From Anaeramoeba ignava BMAN (lineage: Eukaryota > Protista > Anaeramoebae), in NCBI GenBank assembly GCA_028826165.1, contig JAPDFW010000080.1, forward strand, positions 318,399-382,398: a stretch of DNA of 64,000 nt. Reading direction: 5' to 3'. The notes under the pieces were generated by a model. It did not search any database. It was given only the letters and a program-made list of their open reading frames with translations, and was not told the origin of the DNA. A program made the position numbers and the translations under genes. Positions 11,854 to 24,200 of the stretch are shown piece after piece. Numbering within the stretch: position 1 is the stretch's first letter; the number at the start of each line of letters is the position of its first letter.

Positions 11854-13340
11854 ATGAAAAATTATTTAAATTTAGAAAAACTTTCAAATGATTTAAAAAA
11901 TTTATTTCAAAATCAAAATCAAAATCAAAATCAAAATGAAAGTTATTTTGATTTTGAAATAATTTGTGAGCAAAATGAAATTTCATTTAAAACTCATAAA
12001 TCAATTCTTTCTTCGAGAAGTCATTATTTTAAATCTCTTTTTAAATCTAAAATGAAAGAATATCAAGAAAATAAATTAATTCTAAAAGATGTTTCAAGTT
12101 CAATTCTATTTCCAATTTTGAATTATTTTTATTCAGGAAAGATTGAAATTAATTTAGAAAATGCAATTCAAATTTTAATTTTTTCATCAAAATATTTAAT
12201 TGATGAATTAATTGAAACTTGCTCAAAATTTATTAAAAAGAATTTTAAATTTGAAATTGCTGTTGATATTCTTAAATTATCTGAATCAATGAACTTAAAT
12301 AAATTATTAGATTATTCTTATCAATTTATTTTTGAAAATTTTAAAGAATTTATTAAAACTCCATTTTTTCTTGAACTTGAAGAAAATCATTTAAAATCAA
12401 TATTATTAAATGATGAAATTCCAACAAATGAATTTGAAACGTTTCAATCAATAATAAAATGGGGAAAACATAAATCAAATATTAATCAAGAAAAACTTGA
12501 AAAAGAAGAAAAAGAAAAATTACAAAATCAAATTTCAAATCTTATTGATAAAATAAGATTTATTGATTTTTCAAAACAAGAACTTAAAGATATTTTACAA
12601 GAAGAATTAATTCCAAATCAAATTTCACAAAAATTAATTCAATTCAAAAAACTTCAAAATGAACAAGAAAATGAAAAAAATTAAAAGAATTTATTGAAAA
12701 AGAAAATCAAAATTCATTCATTTTCAAACCAAGAATAAGATTAGGTTCAGAAATTGTTAAAGATCGAGAACATATCAAGAAATTAAAAGAATGGATAAAT
12801 GATAATGAATTCTTTTCCAAAATGAAAAAAGGATTTTCAGCAAAAAGAGATGGATTTGATTCTCAAAATTGGCATTCAATTTGTGATAATAAAGGAAAAA
12901 CATTAGTTATTATCAAAACAAAACAAAATTTTATTTTTGGAGGATTTACTTCAGTTGGATGGACAAATGATAAATCAAAGTGGAGAGAAGATGATAGAAT
13001 CATATTCAGAAGTGTTGGATTTATTTCAGATTCAAATGCATTTATTTTTTCATTAAGAAATGATAAAAATGATAGAAAATCAGAAAAATTTACAATTAAA
13101 AAAGGAAAAGAAGAATTTGCAATTTATTATGGTTTAGAAGAAGGTCCAACTTTTGGTAAATATGGAGATGGAGATGCTGAATTTTGTTTTTATGATAGTT
13201 TACAAGGATATTATTCTAATTTTGGATATTGTTACAATCTTCCTAAAGGAATTAAATGGAATACAAATGAATCTAAAGATTATTTAGCTGGTTCTTATGA
13301 TGACTGGATTGTTGATGAACTTGAGACTTATTTCATTTAA
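11854..13340 (+). CDS. BTB-BACK-TLDc protein, copy 1 (frameshift in an A-run near 12675; probable sequencing error)
   Basis: HKSILSSRSHYFKSLF BTB; RDGF...WHSICDNKGKTL, FIFGGFT, GPTFG TLDc; collinear with the intact copy at 16158. Confidence 0.8.
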
Positions 13341-13437
13341 TAACAAAATCAAAATAAATCAAAATTAAATTAATTATTTAAATAATGTAGTTTTAAAATT
13401 TAAAAATTAAATAAAATAAAATAATTAAATAATTAAA

Positions 13438-13517
13438 GCTCAGGTAGCTCAGTAGAGGGAAAAGAGCGAGTCAAATCAAAAACGACTTTGTCGCAGGTTC
13501 AAGTCCTGCCCTGAGCA
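13438..13517 (+). tRNA. tRNA-like gene with atypical anticodon arm (identity undetermined; CAA or TCA in the loop)
   Basis: Acceptor stem GCTCAGG/CCTGAGC+A; D stem GCTC/GAGC; T arm GCAGG-TTCAAGT-CCTGC; anticodon arm AGTC-AAATCAAAAAC-GACT. Confidence 0.75.
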
Positions 13518-13625
13518 ATTTATTAATTTGATTATTAATTTGATTATTATTTTTATTCAAAAAGAAAAGAAAATTCGGACATTTTTGTTTTTGGATCAAT
13601 TTTCTTTTTAATTTTGAATTTAATT

Positions 13626-13856
13626 TTAAAAAATCAGACATTTTTGTTTTTGTTTCTTATTTTCTTTTAATTCTTTTTCTTTCAATTCTTGTTCTTTTGA
13701 TTCTTTTTCTTTTGATTTTTTTTCTTTTTGTTCTTGTTCTTTTGATTCTTGTTCTTTTAATTCTTTTTCTTTCAATTCTTTTTCTTTTAATTCTTTTTCT
13801 TTTAATTCTTTTTCTTTTAATTCTTTTTCTTTCAATTCTTTTTCTTTTAATTTTTT

Positions 13857-13888
<32 letters not shown>

Positions 13889-15686
13889 TTTCTTTCAATT
13901 CTTGTTCTTGTTGTTTCATTTGATTATTAAATTTGTTAATTAATAAATCCAATAAATTTGGATATGTTTGATTTAATTGAAAATAATCAATTGCTCTTAC
14001 AATTTCAGGTATTATTTCACCTATAATTTCAATATCTTCTTTAATTTGATTTGAATAAATCCAATATTCAAATATTTGAAATGATTTATTACTTAATTCA
14101 CTATAATCTGTAACTTTATTAGATTTATCTTCTGTTACAGATAAAAACATTCCTCGATATAATTCACTTCTCATTATTAATATTAATTTTGGAAATTTAT
14201 ATTTCTTTTCTTTTCTTTCAATAATAAAATCTTTTTCATTTTCATTTAAATAAATTCTTTTCATTGTTTCTTCTATTTTTTCATTGGAATTTATAATTTC
14301 TTTAATTTCAGAATATAATTTTGGATTTATTTTAGAATTATTTGAATAAATCATTTCAAATATTTGATTTGATTCTTTAATTGATTTATTTGAAATAATT
14401 TGTTGAAGTTTTTCAATTTGATTTTGATTTTGATTTAATCTATATTTTAATATTAATTTATGAGCTGAAATTATTGAACCATTTTCTGTTTTAAATGAAA
14501 TATCACAAAATTCTTTTCTTCTAAATAATTTTATCAAATCTTCTTCAAGATTGGAAAAAGAAGGAGGAGAATAATAAATAAATGAATTGTTAAATCCACA
14601 AGAAATATGATAATTAGAAATATTTTCATTAAATCTTAATTTAGGAAGTTCAATTTTATTTGGATTTTTATGTAACATTAGATTATCAGTTCCTAATTGA
14701 CCTGAAGAATTGATTCCAAATCCAATCATTTTATTGTTTGTTGTTAAAATTAAAGTATGATTGAATCCAACAGAAATTTCAAGAATATCATCATTATTTT
14801 CAAATAAAGGTAAATTCAACTCAGTAAATTTATTTATTTGTTTTTGATGTCCATTGTATAAAAAAAACCCACTTGAATAAAGTTTTCTTTTTAGATTTTC
14901 ATCTTCATTTTCAATCAACATTATTGAATGGAAATTTCCACATTGAATATCAATTATTTTACCTTTTGGAACATTTTGGATTTGGGTTAATGTTTGGATT
15001 TTTGTTTCATCTTTTGTTGTTTCTCCTAATCCAAGTTGACCATGTTTATTAAAACCACATCCAAATAATTCTTGATTTGAATTTAAAAGAAAAACAAACT
15101 TGGAGGCATTTCCTGAAAATATTTTAGAAACATTTTTCATCATTAAAATTGGTTTTTTTGCTTTTTTAAGTGTTTTAGAATCAAAACCAAGTTGAGAATC
15201 ATAATTTAAACCAATTCCATAAGCATTTTGATTTGAAGTTAATAAATAAATTGAACTATCTCCAGAAACAATATCTTGAATTATTCTATCATTTGAATCT
15301 TCAATTAATGATGAAATATTGATAAATTCATTTGGATTTTTTGGATTAATATCTTCTCCTTTGGCAAATACACTTCCTTCTATTGTTAAAATAGCTTCAT
15401 TTCGAAAACCAGCAGTTACTTTTTGAATATTTTCAATTTGGATTTTTTGAGGATTTTGTTTTGAATCATTTTCATTTAAATATTCTATTGCTTTTCCATT
15501 TTTAAAAAGGAAAATTGTTCCAAAATCACTTGTTGAAATTTGTTTAATTTGTTTTTCATTTTCATTTTCATTTTCATTTTCATTTTCATTTTCAAATTTA
15601 AATTGAATTGGTTTTATTATTTTATTTGGCTTATTTTTTAAAAGTTTTGGTTCTTCATTTGAACCAAAAAATATAATTTCATTCAT
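13626..15686 (-). CDS. RCC1-repeat + tandem BTB protein with (KEKEL)n tail and CaaX (CLIF)
   Basis: Near-identical to 4315-6078 over most of its length, plus a charged tail ending KQKCLIF. Confidence 0.85.
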
Positions 15687-15780
15687 TTTCGAAAAGAAAA
15701 AAATGAAAAATAATTTTTGAAATTTTAATTTTGATTTTAATTTTAATTTTATTTTTAATTTTAATTTTAATTTTGAAATT

Positions 15781-16068
15781 TTAATTTTGATTATTAAATT
15801 TATTAATTAATAAATCAAATAAATTTGGATTTGTTTGATTTAATTGAAAATAATCAATTCCAATTTCAATTTCATTAATGATTTGTTGTGTAATTTGAAT
15901 TTCTTCTTTAATTTGATTTGAATAAATCCAATATTCAAATATTTGAAATGATTTATTACTTAATTCACTATAATCTGTAACTTTATTTGATTTATCTTCA
16001 GTTACAGATAAAAACATTCCTCGATATAATTCACTTCTCATTATTAATATTAATTTTGGAAATTTATT
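15781..16068 (-). pseudogene. 5'-truncated 3' fragment of an RCC1-BTB gene
   Basis: Only [18 protein letters not shown]...FNNQN remains; similarity ends abruptly near 16068. Confidence 0.8.
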
Positions 16069-16157
16069 TTAAATTAATTTATAAATTAAATATTAAATTA
16101 AAAATAATTTTTCATTTTTAATTTTTCATTTTTTTCTTTTTAAAACTTTTAAATAAA

Positions 16158-17639
16158 ATGAAAAATTATTTAAATTTAGAAAAACTTTCAAATGATTTAA
16201 AAAATTTATTTCAAAATCAAAATCAAAATCAAAATCAAAATGAAAGTTATTTTGATTTTGAAATAATTTGTGAGCAAAATGAAATTTCATTTAAAACTCA
16301 TAAATCAATTCTTTCTTCGAGAAGTCATTATTTTAAATCTCTTTTTAAATCTAAAATGAAAGAATATCAAGAAAATAAATTAATTCTAAAAGATGTTTCA
16401 AGTTCAATTCTATTTCCAATTTTGAATTATTTTTATTCAGGAAAGATTGAAATTAATTTAGAAAATGCAATTCAAATTTTAATTTTTTCATCAAAATATT
16501 TAATTGATGAATTAATTGAAACTTGCTCAAAATTTATTAAAAAGAATTTTAAATTTGAAATTGCTGTTGATATTCTTAAATTATCTGAATCAATGAACTT
16601 AAATAAATTATTAGATTATTCTTATCAATTTATTTCTAAAAATTTTAAAGAATTTATTAAAACTCCATTTTTTCTTGAACTTGAAGAAAATCATTTAAAA
16701 TCAATATTATTAAATGATGAAATTCCAACAAATGAATTTGAAACGTTTCAATCAATAATAAAATGGGGAAAACATAAATCAAATATTAATCAAGAAAAAC
16801 TTAAAAAAGAAGAAAAAGAAAAATTACAAAATCAAATTTCAAATCTTATTGATAAAATAAGATTTATTGATTTTTCAAAACAAGAACTTAAAGATACTTT
16901 ACAAGAAGAATTAATTCCAAATCAAATTTCACAAAAATTAATTCAATTCAAAAAACTTCAAAAAAATAAAAAAAATGAAAAAAAATTAAAAGAATTTATT
17001 GAAAAAGAAAATCAAAATTCATTCATTTTCAAATCAAGATTTAAATTTGATTCAGAAATTGTTAAAGATCGAGAACATATCAAGAAATTAAAAGAATGGA
17101 TAAATGATAATGAATTCTTTTCCAAAATGAAAAAAGGATTTTCAGCAAAACGAGATGGGTTTAATTGCAAAAATTGGCATTCAATTTGTGATAATAAAGG
17201 AAAAACATTATTTATTATCAAAACAAAACAAAATTTTATTTTTGGAGGATTTACTTCAGTTGGATGGGCAAATGATAAATCAAAGTGGAGAGAAGATGAT
17301 AGAAACGGAAGTGTTGGATTTATTTCAGATTCAAATGCATTTATTTTTTCATTAAGAAATGATAAAAATGATAGAAAACCAGAAAAATTTACAATTAAAA
17401 AAGGAAAAGAAGAATTTGCAATTTATTATGATTTAGGTGATGGTCCAACTTTTGGAAAATATGGGAATGGAAATGCTGAATTTTGTTTTCATTATGGTTT
17501 ACAAGGATATTATTCTAATTTTGGATATTGTTACAATCTTCCTAAAGGAATTAAATGGAATACAGGCAAATCTAGAAGTTATTTAGCTGGTTATGGATAT
17601 GATTGGGTTGTTGATGAACTTGAGACTTTTTTTATTTAA
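16158..17639 (+). CDS. BTB-BACK-TLDc protein, copy 2 (intact)
   Basis: 493-aa ORF with BTB and TLDc motifs. Confidence 0.85.
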   Translation: MKNYLNLEKLSNDLKNLFQNQNQNQNQNESYFDFEIICEQNEISFKTHKSILSSRSHYFKSLFKSKMKEYQENKLILKDVSSSILFPILNYFYSGKIEINLENAIQILIFSSKYLIDELIETCSKFIKKNFKFEIAVDILKLSESMNLNKLLDYSYQFISKNFKEFIKTPFFLELEENHLKSILLNDEIPTNEFETFQSIIKWGKHKSNINQEKLKKEEKEKLQNQISNLIDKIRFIDFSKQELKDTLQEELIPNQISQKLIQFKKLQKNKKNEKKLKEFIEKENQNSFIFKSRFKFDSEIVKDREHIKKLKEWINDNEFFSKMKKGFSAKRDGFNCKNWHSICDNKGKTLFIIKTKQNFIFGGFTSVGWANDKSKWREDDRNGSVGFISDSNAFIFSLRNDKNDRKPEKFTIKKGKEEFAIYYDLGDGPTFGKYGNGNAEFCFHYGLQGYYSNFGYCYNLPKGIKWNTGKSRSYLAGYGYDWVVDELETFFI

Positions 17640-17773
17640 TAACAAAATCAAAATATCTTTTTTTCTTTTGATAACAAATTCTTCATTTTCCGAAAAATTC
17701 CAATTAAAAAAAAAGCAAAAAAAATTTTTTTTGATTTGAAAATTTTTGGTTGAAATAATTTCAACAAACAATT

Positions 17774-19335
17774 TTATTTTCTTGTAAAAGATTGTGGAGG
17801 ATTTGGTAAATTTTTTGGAATTTCTGGAATTTCATTAAAAGTTTTCAAAGTATCAATTTCATTAAATAGTGTTGTTAATTCTTCTATTTCTTTCAAAGTT
17901 TCAGGTTCTTTAACATTTCCATCAAGCAAAAATCTTAAAGAATCAACCCATCTTACAAAATTCTATTTTAAAACACAATTCAAAAAGAATTTTAATTTTA
18001 ATTTTAATTCAATTTTAATTTTAATTTTAATTTTAATTTTAATTTTAATTTTAATTTTAATTTTAATTTTAATTTTAATTTTAATTTTAATTTTAATTTT
18101 AATTTTAATTTTAATTTTAATTTTAATTTAAATTTTAATTTTAATTTTAATTTTAATTTTAATTTTAATTTTAATTTTAATTTTAATTTTAATTTTAATT
18201 TTAATTTTAATTTTAATTTTAATTTTAATTTTAATTTTAATTTTAATTTTAATTTTAATTTTAATTTTTAATTTTAATTTTAATTTTAATTTTTGAATTT
18301 ACTTCTCTTGTTGTAGTTGAAAATATTTGAGCATTTTTTTCGTTTACTAAAGCAAAAGCAGAATCTGGATCAATTTTTTTAGAAATTTTCAAAGTTGCTA
18401 AATGTTTACCAGTTAATACTTGATTAAAATCCTTAATTCTAACTAAATTTTAAAATTAAATTTTAAATTTAAATTTAATTTTGAATTTAATTTTGAATTT
18501 AATTTTGAATTTAATTTTGAATTTGATTTTGAATTAAATATTGAATTTAATTTTGAATTTAATTTTGAATTAAATATTGAATTTAATATTGAATTTAATA
18601 TTGAATTTAATTTTGAATTTAATATTGAATTAAATTTTGAATTTAATTTTGAATTAAATTTTGAATTTAATATTGAATTTAATTTTGAATTTTGAATTTT
18701 AATTTTGAATTAAATATTGAATTTAATTTGAATTTTGAATTTATAAATTTTATTGAATTTAATTTTGAATTTAATATTGAATTAAATTTTGAATTTAATT
18801 TTGAATTAAATTTTGAATTTAATATTGAATTAAATTTTGAATTTAATATTGAATTTAATTTTGAATTTAATTTTGAATTTAATATTGAATTTAATATTGA
18901 ATTTAATTTTGAATTAAATATTGAATTTAATATTGAATTTAATTTTGAATTTAATTTTGAATTTAATTTTGAATTTAATTTTGAATTTAAATTGTAATGA
19001 AAATTTGATGAAAAAATTAATTAAGAGTAAAAATTATTGTGTCTTTGATTTGTTTCTTTTTATTCAAAAAAAAAAAAATAAAAATAATAATAAATATAAA
19101 TTCGAAATTTACGTTCAGATTGAAAATTTCCTTTTGTTGAAGTATTTCCACTTTTTAAGATATCAGCGCCAACAATTTCACTTTTAGAATCGTTAAGTTT
19201 AAAAAATCTTGTTTGAGCTTTTCCAGACTTTACTTTATCTAACATTGTTCCTTGTAATAAAATTTGAACATATTTTTCAATTACTAGTTCTTTTGCTTCT
19301 GGTTTTATTTGATCTTGAAATCTTAAACCGTGCAT
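17774..19335 (-). CDS. Stand-alone ELMO-type PH domain + Pro-rich tail; exons 19335-19113, 18442-18303, 17962-17774
   Basis: IKPEAKELVIEKYVQILLQGT...LRIKDFNQVLTGK...AFAL...WVDSLRFLL...IPEIPKNLPNPP follows the ELMO C-terminus; two GT-AG introns keep frame. Confidence 0.7.
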
Positions 19336-19536
19336 TTAATTTTTGAAAATTTAAATCAAGTAAAAATGATTTGAAAAAAAAAAATGATTTTTTAAAAAAT
19401 TTAAAAAAAAAATTCTTTTGTTAAAAAAATTTTTTCTTTTTTTTATTTTAAGGAAAAATTCTCTTCTTTTTTTAATCTTTTTTTAATCTTTTTATTTAAT
19501 CTTTTTATTTAATCTTTTTTTAATCTTTTTTTAATT

Positions 19537-21048
19537 TTATTTCTTTTTTAATTCAGATTTAAAAACTGAAATTCTTTTTGGTTTTTTTTGATTTTTAATT
19601 TTTTTTCTTTTTCTTTTTCTTTTAAATTTATTGTTTCATTTTTTTCAATAACAACAGGAACAAAAGCAGATTTATAATATTTAAAAAGATCTCCAGGATT
19701 TTGTATTTTAGATAAATTTTGTTTTAATTCTTGACTTTTTTCTATTTTATTTGATTTTGATTTTGATTTTGATTTTGATTTTGATTTTGATTTTGATTTT
19801 GATTTTGATTTTCATTTTCATTTTCATTTTCATTTTTCATTTTGATTTTCATTTTCATTTTCATTTTGAATTTGAATTTGATTTTGATTTTGATTTTGAT
19901 TTTCATTTTTATTATTATTTTCATATTTTTGATTTTCATTTTCATTTTTATTAAAATTTTCAAATCTTTCTTGTTCTTGTTGCTCTAAAAGTTTTAATTT
20001 TTCAAAAATTTCATCATCAGTTAAATCTTCAATTTCTTGTTCAACTTGTTTTTGAATTTTATTTTTGAATGAATTTGAATAATTTTCATTATTATTTTCA
20101 TTATTATTTTCATTATTATTTTGATTTTCAATTTGAATTTGATTTTCATTTTGAATTTGAATTTGATTTTTATTTTGATTTTCATTATTTTCATTTTATT
20201 TTATTTTTTGATTTTTATTTTGATTTTCATTATTTTCATTATTATTTTCATTTTGATTTTCATTTTTTTTATTTTTTCATTTTTATTTTCATTTTTATTT
20301 ATCATTTTTATTTTTCAAATTTTGATTTTGATTTTCATTATTTTCATTATTATTTTCATTTTCAATTTGAAATTTTCATTTTCAATTTCATTATTATTTT
20401 CATTTTCATTTCATTTCCATTTTCATTTTCATTTTCATTTTCATTATTATTTTTATTTTCATTTTCAAATTGAATTTGATTTTCATTTTGAATTTGAATT
20501 TCATTTTCATTTTCATTTTCATTTTAATTTTCATTATATTTTTTTCATTTTCGATTTTCATTTTCATTTTCATTTTCATTTTGATTATTTTCATTTTCAT
20601 TTTCATTTTCTTCAAATTCTAAAATTTCAAAATTTCCATAATCATTTTTTAATTGAATCATTTCATTAATAAAAGAAAGTTTTTTTTGCAAATCTTGAAT
20701 TAAAGCTTCAAAATTATTTTTTTTTTCCATCATTTTTTGAATTTGTCTTTGAAGAATTTCAATAGTTTGAGTATGAGATCTTTCAACAAAATAATTATCA
20801 CCCAAAAGAACCAAAAATTCATTTGTATGAATTATTTTTCCTTCAAAAAATGCAAGTGATCCAAATTTAACGTGTGTTTTATGTGTTGTTTTATTTGGTA
20901 AAATTTCAATTTGATCTTGAATATATTTATATTTATTTATAAGATTTTCTAATTCTTCTATTTTTTTATTTGATAAATTAATTTGTGCTTCTGTATGCAG
21001 TTTAAGTCTTTCATAATTTAAAGGTTGAGAATTTTGTTGTTGATTCAT
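19537..21048 (-). CDS. URI1: Unconventional prefoldin RPB5 interactor URI1/Bud27 (frameshifted in low-complexity tracts)
   Basis: VKFGSLAFFEGKIIHTNEFLVLLGDNYFVERS prefoldin-alpha; LTDDEIFEKLKLLEQQE; C-terminal KRISVFKSE URI-box-like motif. Confidence 0.75.
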
Positions 21049-21269
21049 TATTAAAATTTATTAATTTAAAAAAGAAAAAAATGAAAAACAAAAAACAAAA
21101 AAAATTTTTAAATTTTAAAAATAAATTGTTTTCTGGCTAAAAAAAAAAACATAAACAAAAATTTTTTTTTAAATTCTTTTTTTTTTTTTTTCATTTTTTT
21201 CTTTTCTCTTTTTTTCTTATTTCTTGTTATTATTATTATTTGGGTATAAAAAAAAATCCAATTAATGAG

Positions 21270-24200
21270 ATGAATCTTAACCGACCCGAAACAGCTTTAA
21301 CATCAGATGAAGTGAATTTTTTAATATTTAAATATTTACAAGAAAGTGGGATGGATCATTCTGCATTTGTTTTTGCTCAAGAAAGCCAAGTTTTGAATTC
21401 TCCAATTGTTTTACAAGGTGATTCTGGTCTTCCTAAGGCTGCTTTAGTTACATTAATTCAAAAAGGTCTTCAATATACAGAAATTGAACAATCTTTATCA
21501 AAAGTAATTTTATAAATAATTTAATAAATAATTTTATAATTAATTTTATAAATAATTTTATATTTAATTTTATATTTAATTTTATAAGTAATTTTATAAA
21601 TAATTTTATAAATAATTTTATAAATAATTTTATAAATAATTTTATAAATAATTTTATAAATAATTTTATAAATAATTTTATAAATAATTTTATAAATAAT
21701 TTTATAAATAATTTTATAAATAATTTTATATTTAATTTTATAAATAATTTTATAAATAATTTTATAAATAATTTTATAAATAAATTTTATAAAATTTTTT
21801 ATAAATAATTTTTATAAATAATTTTATAAATAATTTTGTAAAACAATTTTATATTTAATTTTAATTAATAATTTTTAAATAAATAATTTTATAAATAATT
21901 TTTATAAATAATTTTTATAAATAATTTTATAAATAATTTTATAATTAATTTAATAAATAATTTTTTATTTTATAAATAATTTTATAAATAATTTTATAAA
22001 TAATTTTATAAATAAATTTATATTTAATTTTATAAATAATTTTATTAATAATTTTATATTTAATTTTATAAATAATTTTATATTTAATTTTATAAATAAT
22101 TTTATAAATAATTTTATAAATAATTTAATAAATAATTTAATAAATAATTTAATAAATAATTTTATAAATAATTTTATAAATAATTTTATAAATAATTAGG
22201 TTGATTTAGAACAAGAATTTTTTGAAAAAAAAAGAAAGAAAAAAGAAAGAAAAGATAAAGTATCAAAAGAAGAAAAAGCAAAAACAACAAGTAATACAAA
22301 ACAAGAGCCAAATACAAATGATGGAGAATCACAACAAGAAAAAGAAAATACAACAAAAAATTCATTAACAAAAAATACAGACAATCCAGATTTTGGAATT
22401 TCAAAAACATCAAATGATTCACAAAAACAAGATACTAATAACTTATCAGATCCCAAAAAAAATAGCAATATTCAAACTAATCAATCCCAGACTTTTTCAA
22501 ATCCTAATTCTAATTTTCCTGCTAAAATTAAATTCCTTGAAAATGATGTTAAAATTTTAAAAGGACATACTTCAGAAGTATTAAAAAATAATATTGACTA
22601 TTTTAGATTTTTGAAAAATGAAAAAAGACAATTTATTTATTGTTTATTTCTTCTTTTTCTTCTTTTTTATTTAGGTTTTTGTTTGTCAATGGTCACCAAA
22701 TGGTCGTTTTTTAGCTTCTGGGTAAATCTATTCAATTAAGCAAATTACAAATTACAAATTAAAAATTAAAAATTAAACAAATTAAAAATTAAAAATTAAA
22801 AATTAAACAAATTAAAAATTAAAAATTAAAAATTAAAAATTAAAAATTAAAAACCATAATTAAATTGGAATATTTTTTTAGTTCTGGTGATACTACTGCT
22901 CGTATTTGGGATATTTCTTATTTAGAAACAAATAATATTAAATTAGATCAAATTCCATCTAAAGTTCTTAAACATCATAATTTAAATACAACTGTTTCAA
23001 GCAAAGATGTTACAACTTTAGATTGGCATGTAAATTGATTTTTTTTAAAAGAGAATTATTTAATTTAATTTCATTATTTTATTTAATTTTATTATTTTAT
23101 TTTAGCCTCAAGGAGCATTTCTTGCAACAGGTTCTTATGATGGAATTGCAAGAATATGGAGAGAAGATGGTAAATTATTTTTTTAATTAAAATTAAAATG
23201 AAAATTAAAATGAAAATGAAAATGAAAATGAAAATGAAAATGAAAATGAAAATGAAAATGAAAATTAAAATCAAAATGAAAATGAAAATGAAAATTAAAA
23301 TTAAAATTAAAATGAAAATTAAATTGAAAATGAAAATGAAAATGAAAATGAAAATGAAAATGAAAATGAAAATTAAAATTAAATTTGAATTTAATTTTAT
23401 AATTAATTTGAATGGAAAAAACAGGAGAAATTGTTAGTTCACTTGTAGGACATAAAAGTGCAATTTTTAGTTTGAAATGGAACAAAACAGGAGATTTTTT
23501 ACTGAGTGGATCATTAGATTCATCAGTGATAGTATGGGATACAAAAACAAACAGTCAAAAACAAATATTTCGAAAGCATACAGCGCCAACACTAGATGTT
23601 GATTGGAGAACTCCAATTTGAATGGAAAAAACAGGAGAAATTGTTAGGTCATACTGATGAAGTTAATAATATTAAATGGGATCCTTCTGGTTTACTTCTT
23701 GCCTCTTGTTCTGATGATTTCACAGCAAAAGTAAAATATTTTAAATTTTAATTTTAATTTTAATTTTAATTTTAATTTTAATTTCATTTTGATTTTAATT
23801 GGGATTTTAAAAAACAAACAGTCAAAAACAAATTTATTTCGAATTTTTATTTTAATTTTAACATTTAGATGTTGATTGGAGAACTCCAATTTTAATTTTA
23901 ATTTTAATTGTAGTGTCGATTTTAAAAATTTTAATTTTTTAATTTTAATTGGTTTAAAGATATTTTAATTTTTTTTAATTATTAGATTTTTTAATGAAAA
24001 GGTCATACTGATGAACATTAATAATATTATAAAATGGGATCCTTCTGGTTTAATTTTATCAACAGCATCTTTTGATTGTTTTAATTAAAATATGGGATTT
24101 CACAGCTTTTAAAAAGTATTTTAATTTTAATTTTAAAATTTTAATTTTAATTTTAATTTTAATTTTAATTTTAATTTAATTTTAATTTTAATTTTAATTT

